A program made the position numbers and the translations under genes. 64,000 nt of DNA from Rebecca billardiae RCC1528 (taxonomy: Eukaryota > Protista > Haptophyta), in assembly GCA_965240325.2 (NCBI GenBank), contig OZ251250.1, positions 372,001-436,000 of the forward strand, in the 5' to 3' direction. Below, one piece after another: positions 33,430-45,732 of the stretch. The first letter of the stretch is position 1, and every line of letters starts with the position of its first letter. The notes beneath the pieces are model-generated. The model worked only from the letters and a program-made list of their open reading frames with translations. It had not been told where the DNA came from and searched no databases.

Positions 33430-34615
33430 ATGGATGGCAAGATCAAGCACGTGTGCTCGGATGGGTCGGAGGTGATGATCGATGCGCACCCAAAGATCAA
33501 GAACCACTCCGTACTCGCGCTCCGCCAGTGGACCACGATGGACACGGGCGGGCAGAACCGCGGCGACAGCACGGTGCTGCTGCACGTGACGCACTCCAAC
33601 CTCGCGCGCCACTTCCACGAGCTGCGGCTCGACATGCACATGACCATCGAGTCGCTGAAGGACAAGCTGCGCGCCCATGTGGGCACGGGCTCGGCGCACA
33701 TGTGGCTCACGCTCATCGACGACAGCAATCAGATGGTGCGCGGCCGCGCGCAACTCATCGGGCGCCACTGCGCTACGCCCACCCGCCTGCCGCTGAGCCC
33801 GCGTGTGTCCGCCGCCCCGGCTGCGCCCGGCAGATTGCCGACCTGGATGACGACTCGCGCATGCTCGGCTACTACTCGCCCTACGATGGCTGCACCATCC
33901 ATGTGCGCGCGCGCGCGCGCGCGCCGTGCGCGCCCGGCCCTCGCCGCCGCTGAGCCGCGACGCCCGCGCACCGCCCACGCCGCCTCGCGCGCAGATCACG
34001 GACCTGGACCCGCACTCGATCGCCGCGAACGGCGGGCTGGACGACGTCTCGCTCGTCCAGAAGTACGAGATCTCGGAGGAGAACTACATGAAGCGCGAGG
34101 ACAACTTTCGAAAGTTCCGCGCGCAGAAGCTCGCAAAGGACCCGAGCTGGTCGATCGCCAAGGAGATGAAGATGCGCGAGTACGCGCGGATGAAGAAGCT
34201 CGACCCGTCGTGGGAGCCGCCGCCCGAGCCGGAGAAGAAGATCATCGACGACCCCGAGTACCAGGCCGCCGAGGCCGCGGCGTTCAGCGTGGGGCAGCGC
34301 TGCCAGGTGAAGGTGGGCGAGCGGCGCGGCGAGGTGCGGTACGTGGGCAAGGTCAACGGCATCGGGCTGGGCTACTGGGTGGGCGTGTGCTACGACGAGC
34401 CGGTGGGGAGGAACGACGGCTCGGTCAAAGGGTTCCGGTTCTTCGAGTGCCCCGAAAACTACGGCGCCTTCGTCCGGCCGGACAACCTGGAGGTGGGCGA
34501 CTTCCCCGAGCGCGGCCTGTCTGACCTCGAGTCGGACGAGGACGAACTCGAAGAGGACGGCGCGGCCGACGCCGGCGCGACCGCGCGCACAGTCGAAGCG
34601 GACGGGTCAGAATGA
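33430..34615 (+). CDS. TBCB: Tubulin-folding cofactor B; 3 exons (33430-33735, 33834-33902, 33995-34615)
   Basis: Ubiquitin-like domain (VTHSNL...LKDKL...MLGYYSP), KYEISEENY, and CAP-Gly WVGVCYDEPVGRNDGSVKG. Confidence 0.93.
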
Positions 34616-35819
34616 GGCACGGCTGGCGCCTGCGCAGTGCGACGGACCGGTCCGGTGTTGTCAGGGCTGAGCTGCCCTCGCCCGCCTCGTTCGGTTTGTG
34701 CAGCCCGGCCCTGCGGGCCCGCCGCGGAGGGCGGCGGCGGGCTTAGATTGCCTCAGGCTCACTGATCTAATCCGCTGCGCTGCGCGCGGTGAGCCCGAAA
34801 AATGTTCGTTCGAGGGCGTGGAATTGAAAAGCGCGGCGGCCTTTTCCTTTTCAAGCCGCAAGGCGCGTTTCTCGCGCGCAGCGAGTTTTAATTAGCTGCG
34901 CGGGCGGCAAAACGTCGTCTCGCAATTGCGCATCTTGAGCGACGGCGGGCGTCGCCGCTGCCAGTCGAACCGCCCGACGGCGACCGGGCCGAGGGTCGCC
35001 TCCGTCCCGGTGAGGACGCGGGACCCTCGCAGACTGCGGCGGCGCGAAAGCTAGTGCCCGATTGTCATCATCCCTAGCGTACATGTATCAAAGCATGTGC
35101 GCGGCTACCATCAACATACATATGTAAGGAGCGCCAGCACGATATTCGCGAAGCGTGAGCGTCATCACTCATCAGCCGCCCGGGCAGCGTCAGCATGTCC
35201 TCGTCGCTCGTTGCAGCCCCGCCACCCCGCAACGACCGCATCGACCCGCTCTGTCGGCAGCTCTGCCTCTTGAGCGGTGATCCGGCCGCCGCGCAGCACC
35301 GCACAGGTGCACGTGCTCACGCCGCCAGCGCGCGGCACGGCTCTGGAGGGAGGGCCCACGCCCCCCACAGAGCCAGCCGGCGTCGGAGCGGCACAAAGCC
35401 CGCCAGCGGCGCGAGCGGCACTCGACACAGCGTGCGGGTGCGCGCCGCGGCGCGCGAAACGCCCCGCGCCGGTCGTGCCTCGCCGACAGATGCCCGCCCG
35501 AACGTCGCGCTGTCCCTGCGTGATCGCGCACGCGCGCACCGGCGCAGCCGCGCGCTGCGCCGGTGGATCTCAAAACGAGGCCTCGGCGTGTGCGCGCTGC
35601 CCGCGCCACACGCGCCGGCCGTCGCCGCCGTCGCGGGGCGGCGCGCCGCCGCGACAGCGCCGCGCTGGCCGTCAGCTGAGAGAGGTGAAGAATATGGTCA
35701 TCGTCAGCGGGCCCATGGGCTGCCGCAGGTACAGTCGTCCCCGGCGCACGCCGCTGCGCCGCGCACCGCCGAGGTGGCGTGACGCGCAGTGGCGCGCACG
35801 CCGCGCCGCCGCGCGCCGC

Positions 35820-36486
35820 CTACTCCATCAACGCCTCCGCACCCTCGCAGATCGAGTTGTCGTTCTTCGTCGCGACGATCAGACCGACGATCAGACCGTA
35901 CAGCCCAAGCGCCGAGGCGAACGACCAGATGAGCACCATGCCGATGTAGAGCTTGGGCTGCCGCGCGGAATCGCGCACGCCAATGTCACCGCACATGCCG
36001 ATGGACAGGCCCGACGCAAGGTTGCTCAGGCCGACCGCGAGCCCCGCGCCAAAGTGCGCATACCTGCGCGGACGTCGTGGATGCACGCGCGGGCGTCGCG
36101 GCGCGCGGACCCGCGGTCAGTCGGCCGCCAGGGCGGCAGCGCGCGCGCGCGCCGGAGATAATTGCGCGCGTGAGGCGGGTGCGCACGCGCGCGCACCCGC
36201 TGAACAGCGAGTAGTTGTCGACGTCGACCGAGTTGGCGATGATCACGGCGATGATCAGGCCGTAGATACCGCAGACTCCGGCCATGATCACCGGCAGCAT
36301 GCTCTTGATCACCATCTCCGGCTGCACGCGGTGCCGCGGGAGCTTGGCCATCGCCGCCATGCCGACCGCACTCTTCCACGTGCCGTAGGCGGCGCCCATG
36401 TTGCCGAAGACGAGCGCGGACGCCGCGCCGAGGAAGCCAAAGTACGAGGCATAGCTCGGGCAGTACACCAGCGCGGCTGACGACAT
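35820..36486 (-). CDS. V-type ATPase proteolipid subunit c paralog lacking the TM4 Glu; 2 exons (36486-36197, 36063-35820)
   Basis: [60 protein letters not shown]...[23 protein letters not shown]. Confidence 0.9.
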
Positions 36487-37094
36487 TGCGCCTGCGTGCG
36501 TCTGGGGACGACGATGGAGCTTCTGCCGACTCTGAGCACTGCTGCACTCCTTCGGGGCTCGGCGAGGAGCAGGCTCTTCTGGCCCGTTCACTGCGCATCG
36601 GGGTCGGCCCCGAGGCATCCGGACTCAACCGAAATGAGCCCGGACAGTCCGGATGAGCTTCAACAACTTGTCATCATCAAAGCCGCACCTAAATAATAAT
36701 CAGAGCAGACCCAAATCACGCCGGCAGATTGAGGCTGCTTTGCTATGGCGCAGCGTCCCAGACTTGAAGATTGTATTCACGCAGTTCGCGAGCCCATTAT
36801 GCGAATACTCATGCGAAGATGCGTTTCTATCTACGAATACATAACGAGCGCCCTCGCCCCTGTCGCCAGCTCCACACGCGGCGAGGCTCAAAGCAGGGCG
36901 CTGCGCGGGGGCCGCCCCAACTTGCAGGCGCGCCTGGGTGCTCTCGCGCTCGCTGTGCGCGAGGCACGCGCCGCCGGTGCGTGTGCAGCCCCGCAGGTGG
37001 CGCTCTACGCCCCGCCACTGCCACCAGCCGCGCGCACAAGCCGCGCGCCACGCGGCCTCCTGCCTACGCCGGCGGGTACCGCGCGCTGCGCGCC

Positions 37095-37908
37095 ATGGGG
37101 CCCCTTTTCGGCGGCCGCCGCAACTACGAGGACGCGACCGCGGTGGCGGACGGGCTGCCCGGCCCGCCGCGGAGAGAACCGCCGCCGCTGGACAGAAAAC
37201 CGTCGAACAGCATCCTCAAACGCTCGCCCTCGGGGAACCACCTCGAGAGCGGCCTGCCGCTCCCAGACGGCGTGCCAGCCGCCGACCCCAAGGGCAGTCC
37301 GCACGGCAGCGGCAGAGCACAGCGCAGCTCGAACGAGGTGCGCGGCGCGCGGCGGGTGCTGGCGTGCGCCGCTTGAGCGCACCACGCCGCGCCCGCGCCC
37401 GCGCTGCTCACACCGCCGCGCTCCCTCCGCGCGCGCGCCGCCGGCCGCAGAGCGGCGGCCCGCTGAGCGCGCTCTCGCGCCTGGCACACGGCGGCCATGG
37501 CGCAGGCCCGGGGAGCGACGGCGGCTCGGTGAATAAGCGCACGGCGGCCAGTGAGGGTGGGTCGGTGAACAAGCGCATGTCCTTCTCCGACCAGCACGGC
37601 ATGGACCTCTCCACCGTGCACGAGGTGACGGACACGCACTACAAGCGCACCTGCCTGCAGCGCAACGCTGGCCTAAGTGCGCGGCCGCGCGCACGGCGCG
37701 GCGCGGCTCTCGCGCGCGCGCCGCGGGGTCTCGGCGCGCGCGTGTCCTGAAGCGCCACCCCCCCGCGCCCTCCTCCCCCGCGCGCGCAGTCACCGTCGGC
37801 GTGTGCTTCCTGCTCACGATCGGCTGCGCCATCGCCATCGCCGTGATCTTCACCTCGCGGTCTGACGAGGAGGAGGGGGGCGGCGCGGCACAAGAGGGGG
37901 AGACATGA
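37095..37908 (+). CDS. Small C-terminally anchored membrane protein with PP1-docking-like motifs; 3 exons (37095-37337, 37451-37676, 37790-37908)
   Basis: GT-AG introns join into one frame; contains SILKR and KRMSFSDQHGMDLSTV, then the TM segment ITVGVCFLLTIGCAIAIAVIF. Confidence 0.65.
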
Positions 37909-38498
37909 CGCAGGGCGGCCGCGGCGCCGCGCGGCGCGGCGCGGCGGCGCGAGCCGCGTGGTGGGCGTCGTGGGGGGCAGCGCCGTGCTGCTTGGGCGCG
38001 CGATGCCGAGGACTACTGTACTGTGCATGGCGGCGGCGGGAGGATTCGCCTGAATCTGCCGCTATATCCATGCGCGTGATGGCTGCTATCTATGGCTGAT
38101 GGCGCCGCGGCCTCCGTCCGAGCAGGGACGGCTGCATGCGAGCAGCTCGATGGCCCCGTGGCCGACTGGTGACTTGGGCCGATCGCCAATGCGCGCGCCA
38201 TTGGCGCCTGCGCGCTGGCCGCCGCCCTCACTGACGGGATCCGGAGAGTCTGCCGTGCTCGCACTGATGCTTCAGCTTATGCGGACGGTGTGACTGTGAG
38301 GGGCCGCTGTCAGTGTCAGGCCGGCGACGGGCGAGTGAGTCGCTTGGCCGTCATCCCGCATCCGCCTCATCCGGCTCCGGCTCCGGCCCCGGGCCGGGCG
38401 GCCCGTTGGGGGTCGGGCCGAGGCGGCCGAGCCGCTGTCTGGTCTGCCGTCTGCCCCGCGGAGGGTCCGGTGTCGGTGATATCGAATCATAATATTAT

Positions 38499-41159
38499 AT
38501 GGGTTGGCGCTGCGCGTCAACTTGGGCTGGAAACCTGTTTCTGAAACGCATGATGGCACGCCGGGCCGGTAGCCCGAGCTCGGAATTCCGACGCTGCCAA
38601 CGGCGCCACAGGGGCGCAGCGGCGGGGCTGACGACGCGCGCGCGTGTGCACGTCTGCAACGGAGTGCGCGCTGCAATGACTGGCCCGTCCGCAGCACCAC
38701 GCCCCGCGCTGTGAGTGAGAGTGTGGCCCGCGCCCAAGCGAGAACGCGGGCCGGGCGGCACTCCGCCGACCTCGCCGGCCGCCGACCAGCCCGCGGCCGC
38801 CTGCTGCAGCTCGTGGAACACGCAGTCGCGCGCTCGCGCGTGGAGGGCGGACCTGCGCGTATGCGCCCGCCGGGCTTGCCGCTTCATCCGCTGGCACCGC
38901 AGTGCAGGTCGAGCCGTCCGCCGCCCACCGAGCCGGCGCCACGCCTCGCGCTCGTGCTCGAGCTGAGGCGGCGGCGTGTCGCCCGAGCCGGCGGGGTCGC
39001 GCGCGTGCGCGTGGTGGGCAGCCTCGCGCGTGCGCCCGCCGCGCGCCCCGCGTCTCTCGCTTGGCGCCGCACGCGAGCCGCTCGTCGCGCGACCGAACGA
39101 GACGTCAATCGCAAGGGCGACCCTTGGAATGGCGTGGGCTCTCCGCCTTGTCGTCCTTCACGGGACGTCGTCGACGCGAGGCCGCGCGGTTGCTCCGATG
39201 CTCGTAGTCCAATGCAAGATGATACCCGCGTGCCAATATCAGCGCGCCCCTCTGCTCGTGAAATGTCTAGCGAGAAAGTGACGGATCGTGTATGTGAATG
39301 TGAGGTGTGAACTCGCGACACGACGAATGCGCCGATGCGATTCGCGCGAATGTGAGTACGCAAAGCGTCGAACGACGAGCGGTTTTTGACCGAACGACGA
39401 GCGGCTTTTGTCCTATCGAGCGCGTAAGCGGGTACGCGAATTGCGCATATGTGACCCGGCGACAAACAGACAAACTGGGTGGTGAGCCGGGCGTCAAAAA
39501 AAGGGGTGCGACGGGCTGGTCCCCAGCGTGAAGTCGTGCCTTTGTTCTCGTGGGTTTCCAGAATATGGGTTGGCGCTGCGCGTCAACTTGGGCTGGAAAC
39601 CTGTTTCTGAAACGCACGATGGCTCGCAGCCAGTAGCCCGAGCTCGGAATTCCGACGCTGCCAACGGCGCCACAGGGGCGCAGCGGCGGGGCTGACGACG
39701 CGCGCGCGTGTGCACGTCTGACCACGCAGTGCGCGCTGCAATGACCGGCCCGTCCGCAGCACCACGCCCCGCGCTGTGAGTGAGAGTGTGGCCCGCGCCC
39801 AAGCGAGAACGCGGGCCGGGCGGCACTCCGCCGACCTCGCCGGCCGCCGACCAGCCCGCGGCCGCCTGCTGCAGCTCGTGGACCACGCAGTCGCGCGCTC
39901 GCGCGTGGAGGGCGGACCTGCGCGTATGCGCCCGCCGGGCTTGCCGCTTCATCCGCTGGCACCGCAGGCGAGCCGCTCGTCGCGCGCAGTGCAGGTCGAG
40001 CCCTCCGCCGCCACCGAGCCGGCGCCACGCCTCGCGCTCGTGCTCGAGCTGAGGCGGCGCGTGTCGCCCGAGCCGGCGGGTTCGCGCGCGTGCGCGTGGT
40101 GGGCAGCCTCGCGCGTGCGCCCGCCGCGCGCCCCGCGTCGCTCGCTTGGCGGCGCACGCGAGCCGCTCGTCGCGCGACCGAACGAGACGTCAATCTCGCC
40201 TGTCGTCCTTCACGGGACGTCGTCGATGCGAGGCCGCGCGGTTGCTCCGATGCTCGTAGTCCAATGCAAGATGATACCCGCGTGCCAATATCAGCGCGCC
40301 CCTTTGCTCGTGAAATGTCTAGCGAGAAAGTGACGTTTCGTGTGAATGTGGAGTGTGAACTCGCGACACGACGAATGGGCCGATGCGATTCGCGCGAATG
40401 TGAGTACGCAAAGCGCCGAACGACGAGCGGCTTTTGTCCTATCGAGCGCCTAAGTGGGTACGCGAATTGCGCATATGTGACCCGGTGACAGACGGGTCAG
40501 CCGGGCGTCAAAAAAAGGCCTGCGACGGGCTGGTCCCCAGCGTGAAGTCGTGCCTTTGTTCTCGTGGGTTTTCAGCGCGCCCCTTTGCTCGTGAAATGTC
40601 TAGCGAGAAAGTGACGTTTCGTGTGAATGTGGAGTGTGAACTCGCGACACGACGAATGGGCCGATGCGATTCGCGCGAATGTGAGTACGCAAAGCGCCGA
40701 ACGACGAGCGGCTTTTGTCCTATCGAGCGCCTAAGTGGGTACGCGAATTGCGCATATGTGACCCGGTGACAGACGGGTCAGCCGGGCGTCAAAAAAAGGC
40801 CTGCGACGGGCTGGTCCCCAGCGTGAAGTCGTGCCTTTGTTCTCGTGGGTTTCCAGAACCGCGTGCCAATATCAGCGCGCCCCTTTGCTCGTGAAATGTC
40901 TAGCGAGAAAGTGACGTTTCGTGTGAATGTGGAGTGTGAACTCGCGACACGACGAATGGGCCGATGCGATTCGCGCGAATGTGAGTACGCAAAGCGCCGA
41001 ACGACGAGCGGCTTTTGTCCTATCGAGCGCCTAAGTCGGTACGCGAATTGCGCATATGTGACCCGGTGACAGACGGGTCAGCCGGGCGTCAAAAAAAGGC
41101 CTGCGACGGGCTGGTCCCCAGCGTGAAGTCGTGCCTTTGTTCTCGTGGGTTTCCAGAAT
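38499..41159 (-). mobile_element. Head-to-tail tandem array of a roughly 1.05-kb non-coding element with extra roughly 300-bp terminal subrepeats; Helentron/Helitron2-like
   Basis: Copies at about 38499-39564 and 39565-40571, subrepeats at about 40572-40858 and 40859-41159; asymmetric inverted repeat CTGGAAACC / GGTTTCCAG and a small terminal hairpin; AT-rich flanks. Confidence 0.6.
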
Positions 41160-42734
41160 ATTATTAATATGAAAGTCACCGTGCCGATTGATGAGGGCGC
41201 CAGCTCGGGCAGCGCATGGCCGCCGTGGCCGCGGACGGCGCAGGCCTCACCGCGCGGGTCTGTCACGTCGACGTCGGCCGCGATGCCCGTTAATAAGCGG
41301 AAGCCTAAGGCGGTTGGTCTTCAAGGACGAGCTCGCCGCGGCGCGCCGCGCGGATTCATCAGTCATTCACTCCGTCCCGCCGCCGCGGCGCCGCCGCGGC
41401 AGCGTGCACGACTACTACGGCTACGTACTAGCTACCGTACTAGTACTAGTACTACTTCGGTATCAGGTCGTCAGTCATCTGACTGGCAGCACTGCGTCCG
41501 TTCATGACACGACCGCCGCTATCCGCCTGGCATGCACGCAGCGTCATCCGGCGAGTAAGCGGCCGCCTACTTTAAGCGCCGCGCCACGCCGCGCTGCCCC
41601 GTAGCACTTGCCGGCGGCTGCACGGGCCGGCGCCGTGCCGGCGCAGCCCCAGCCGTGCGCGTCGGACGAGCAATACTTTATATTCTAATCAGTCGTTATT
41701 AGTAACGCGTATTATTATTATTCATCACGACTATACGGGCCGCCCGCCGTCAGTCATAAGCCCGCCCGCGCCAATAACCCGGCGGTATAACGGTTATTAT
41801 TAATAACGGCCTCGTATAGTAATCAGAACCTCAACCAGGCGCGGACGTATACCGACGACACACGACCGCGTGAGACTGAGCGCGGACACGGTACGGTCAC
41901 GCGGGCACAGTCACACCCGGGGCGGGGCACGCCGGCATCGAGAACGGGCGGTGCAGCCGGCGGCGCGCTGTGTGATCAGGGTGGAAGCCGACCGCTGCCG
42001 CGCGCGACGTGAGCGAGCCGCTGGCGGGTGCATGTCGGTCAGCTGCAGATGATGATGCGGCGAACAGGCGCGCTACCGCCTGCTCCACCTCGCGCGGCTT
42101 GGTCTTCGTGCCGTGCTCACACACGCTCGCGATCAATGGCAAATTCGACGTCGAGCGCCTGAGTGCTGTCTCGAAAGGTGCCTTCCCCCTCGCTCAGGGC
42201 GCGCACGTCGGCGTGGTCGAGCGCTGCGCGCGTCGCTGCGGCCTGCTGAGCGTCAGCGAGGCGCTTGTCAGGGTTCGCCTGCTTGCTGCGTCACGGTGCG
42301 CGAGCGCGCCACGCGCACGACCACGTGTGTGCGCTTCCGAGACGTAATTGCTGGTGGCAAGCGCAGACTGCCCCGAGTGCGCCTTGTCCGAGGCCCCCGC
42401 GCCAGCGGCGGCCAGCCGCCTGCACGGCCCGAGCAGCGGCCCGAGCTGCAACAGCAGAGGCCGCGCACGCCTTCAAGAAAGCTTCGCCCTTGCGCGCTGG
42501 AGGCGTGTTGCGAGTATATTCTTCTGCTGCGTTAGCGCGCCACGCTTGCCCGTCTTCTTCTACGAAGGCCTCGTTAGGCGAGCTTCACAAGCACTCGCGC
42601 ATGTGGTCCGAGCCTCCTGCCCGGCTCCTGAGCGCGGGCGCACGGTTGCGCGCTCGTGCGCATGGTGTGAGCAGTGCAGCAGGAGATCAGCACACGTTCG
42701 AGCAAGGGTGCAAGCGCCTACCCCAACCGGTGCA

Positions 42735-42950
42735 CCCTGCACGAGCTCGAACCGCCCTGCCGCGAGGTCGAGGCCCACCTCCTCGACACACTCGCGTACG
42801 CCGCGAGCGGCGTCTCGCCGCGCTGGGCGAGCTCGCCCAGCAGCGCGACGTGGGCGCTCCAGCGGCCGCGCTCGCTCGCGATCCACTGGATCAGCAGCAG
42901 CTCGGGCGCCGCCTCGCTCGCGCCCGTCTGCAGCACGGCCGCGACGCCGG
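42735..42950 (-). pseudogene. Frameshifted Nudix hydrolase (CoA-pyrophosphatase-like) fragment
   Basis: ELLLIQ...RWSAHVALLG...GETPLAA in one frame continues as VRECVEEVGLDL in another frame (shift near 42800). Confidence 0.55.
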
Positions 42951-43899
42951 ATGTCGTGCGGTGAAGAGCCGAGCCGCCATCGTTGCAGGGCTTGGTGCAG
43001 CACCAAGCTCGGTTGGTCGCGACTCGCGCGATGCAGTCTGAAGTCGAGTCGCGCTGACGCTTGTACCGGTACAGGGGGGTCCAGATGGTGGCGGGTACTT
43101 CGATGGTGGCTGGCCAGGTAGTGCGGCACGTCCGTGCCTCTGGACGGGCATTGAGCCGTGGCGAGGTCGCCAAATCGCGCGGCGTGGTCCCAGAGAAGGC
43201 TGCTGCTATCACTGACCAGCTTGCTAGCCATGCCGGTCGTTGATCACCCCGCCGTTGACAGGCGCGCACACGCCACGCGTAATCGCATGGCAGCCGTGTC
43301 GGACGGCGGTCGCACGACTACCGCGTAGCCAACATTGATCGTCAGACTCACGACTTGTGGGGTCAGGCAGAACATTGATAGGTCTGCACCCTCGCCTGGC
43401 ATGCCCCAGAGGTCAACACAGCCATCAGAAGGGTGATCCTGCCCACTACTTGCCCATCCTTCCCATGCGCAGTCTCGCGCGCGCCGGTCACACGATGACG
43501 TGGACGTGGACGTGAGAGTGGTCGAAAAGTCGGAAGGGAAGCTGTCACTCACGCACGCGCGCTCGTACGGCGACGCCGACCGGCGAGTGCAACGCCCCCC
43601 TGTCCCGGACGTTGCACTCGCGCCTTGGATCGCGGTGGGACGGCCATTCACGCCCGCCATGGCTTCCCTTCAAAACTCCCCAACTTCATCTGGACCGCCC
43701 TGTAGGCGGTACACAGCAGTGACGACCGTCCGCCGGTGCATCCGCAGCCCGCCCGGCCGCCGCTCCGCGGGCGCGGGCCACGGCTCGACAGCAAGCTCGC
43801 CACCGAGGCGAAGCGCGAGAGGGCAGACCCGCCCGCACCCGGCCGGTCGCGCGTCGCTCGACGACGAGTAGCCTGCCCGAGCCGAAGCGCGAGCACGCC

Positions 43900-45139
43900 A
43901 TGGCGGCCTCCGCGGCGATCAACGTGCCGGCCGTGCTTCGCGACATGGCGCGGGTCGTGCAGGCGCCCGAGTTCAACGGCTGGCGCGCAGGGTTCGTCGC
44001 CGAGCACCTCGACCAGTTCGAGTACGGCGACGAGAATCGGCTCGCCTACACGCCGATCCACGCCGCCTACTGCGAGGGCGTCGAGGCCGCGCTCGCGCGC
44101 TCGCTGCCGCCGGGCGTCTCGATGGACGCCTTCAGCGCGGCGCTGCAGGAGCAGCTGCGCGGCGGCGTGGGCGACGAGGCGGGCGAGGCGATCTCGGTGC
44201 TGCTGCAGGCGGGCGACTTCGCCGCCTTCAAGGAGATGATGCTCTTCGAGAAGGCCAAGCTCGACGACCCGTCCGCCGCGCAGCGCACGCCGGCCGCCGA
44301 CGCCTCGCTGCAGCACACGACCGCCGACGGCGTGCCGGTGATCGAGGCGATGCTCGCGCTGTGCGCGCAGCTGCAGTCGGCGGCGAGCTCGGACGGCTGG
44401 GAGAACGTGCTCACCACCAAGTGGATGAAGATCGACAAGCAGCCCGTGCCCGAGGCGCGGCGCAGCTCCAAGAGCGAGCTCTACCTGCGCGGCGTCTGGA
44501 CGATGGAGCTCTCCTTCGCCGAGGCGTGCGACATGATGTTCACCTTCGACGAGCGGCGGCAGCTGTGGGACGTGAACTCGCGCGGCTGCGAGGCGCTCCG
44601 CGGCGACCCGCGCGTCGACGACGACGTGGTCGTGACCGCCAAGCTCGACTTTGGCGTCCTGCTCCACCTCGCCGGCGTCCCGAAGCGGCTCACGACGCGC
44701 TCCATCCTCCGGTGGGACTTCCCGTCCCCCGGCGTCGTCACCTACGCGCTCGCGCCATGGGACGCCGATACCGACTCGTACGACCCCAACTCGATCCTCA
44801 AGCTCAAGGCGCGCGCGCGCGCGCGCGCGCGCGGCGGGCCGCGCGGCGGGCCGCGGGGCGACCGAGCGCGCGACCGCGCCGCTCACCGAACGCGTGGCCC
44901 ACGCGCTGCCGCCGCCGCCGCCTCCGCAGACGGGCACGATCGCGCCGCACCCGAGCGGCGACCCTCAGCGCTGCCTGATGACCACGCTCGAGACGAACAA
45001 CCTCGGCGGCGTGCCCAAGTGGCTGCTCGGGGGGCTCCTCAGCTACACGGCGCCGCAGATGATGAAGGGGCTCGAGCAGCGGTACATCAAGAACGTGCGC
45101 GAGCAGGGCAAGTCGGTCAGGCGGAAGGGGCGCTACTAG
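43900..45139 (+). CDS. BART (ARL2/3-binding) plus START-like lipid-binding domain protein; 2 exons (43900-44808, 44930-45139), GC-AG intron
   Basis: FVAEHLDQF...ENRLAYTPIH...DFAAFKEMM is BART-like; GWENV...ERRQLWD...NLGGVPKWL is START/SRPBCC-like. Confidence 0.8.
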
Positions 45140-45732
45140 CTAGTTAGGTAGTAGTATATATATATATATATGTGTATATATAGCAGTAAGGTACGGACCT
45201 AGTAGCAGCAGTATAGCTATATGTGATGGCGTTATATAGGGAACCTATATATCAGTCTATAACGGCGGAGTGTCTATGAGCGACGCCAAAGGCAAGAATC
45301 CAGGACCAGCCACCAGGGCTCGCATGCGGCACTTCCTGCGTTGCGGTCGTCCCGGCGCGCGCACCGCCGCACGCGCATCGGCGCCCGCAAGCAGTTGCTC
45401 GATGCCTCGAAATCTTATTATCCCGCTCGATTCCCTCGATGAGAGTCGATCGACGCACCGCGGTACGTCTCTACTGCTCTCTCTCGTCTGGCTCTGGCAT
45501 CAGTCTCTCTAGCTAGCACTCCACGGAACGGCTCTCCCGTCTCCGTCTCACTCCGCTCTCGTGACTCGTCTCGTCTCTAGTAGTCTTTTACTTAGACTTA
45601 CGCTCTCACTCACTCTCTCTCTCTATACTCTCTCTCTATATATCCGTATATATATATACGTACAGCAAAAAAAGACGAGCAGATTCACAGAGGCCCGAGG
45701 GGGTACATCGGACGCCGTCGGCGTCCGCCCCA

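Noticed and set aside
34900-35800. Short ORFs between TBCB and the proteolipid gene
   Set aside because: No motifs, codon bias or splice model that I can support.
40290-41159. CRISPR-like array
   Set aside because: Units are about 300-bp near-identical tandem copies with no unique spacers and no cas genes; the context is eukaryotic.
41675-41830. AT-rich patch with short palindromes (CGTTATTAGTAACG, GTTATTATTAATAAC) as a MITE
   Set aside because: Terminal repeats are too degenerate and no TSD was found.
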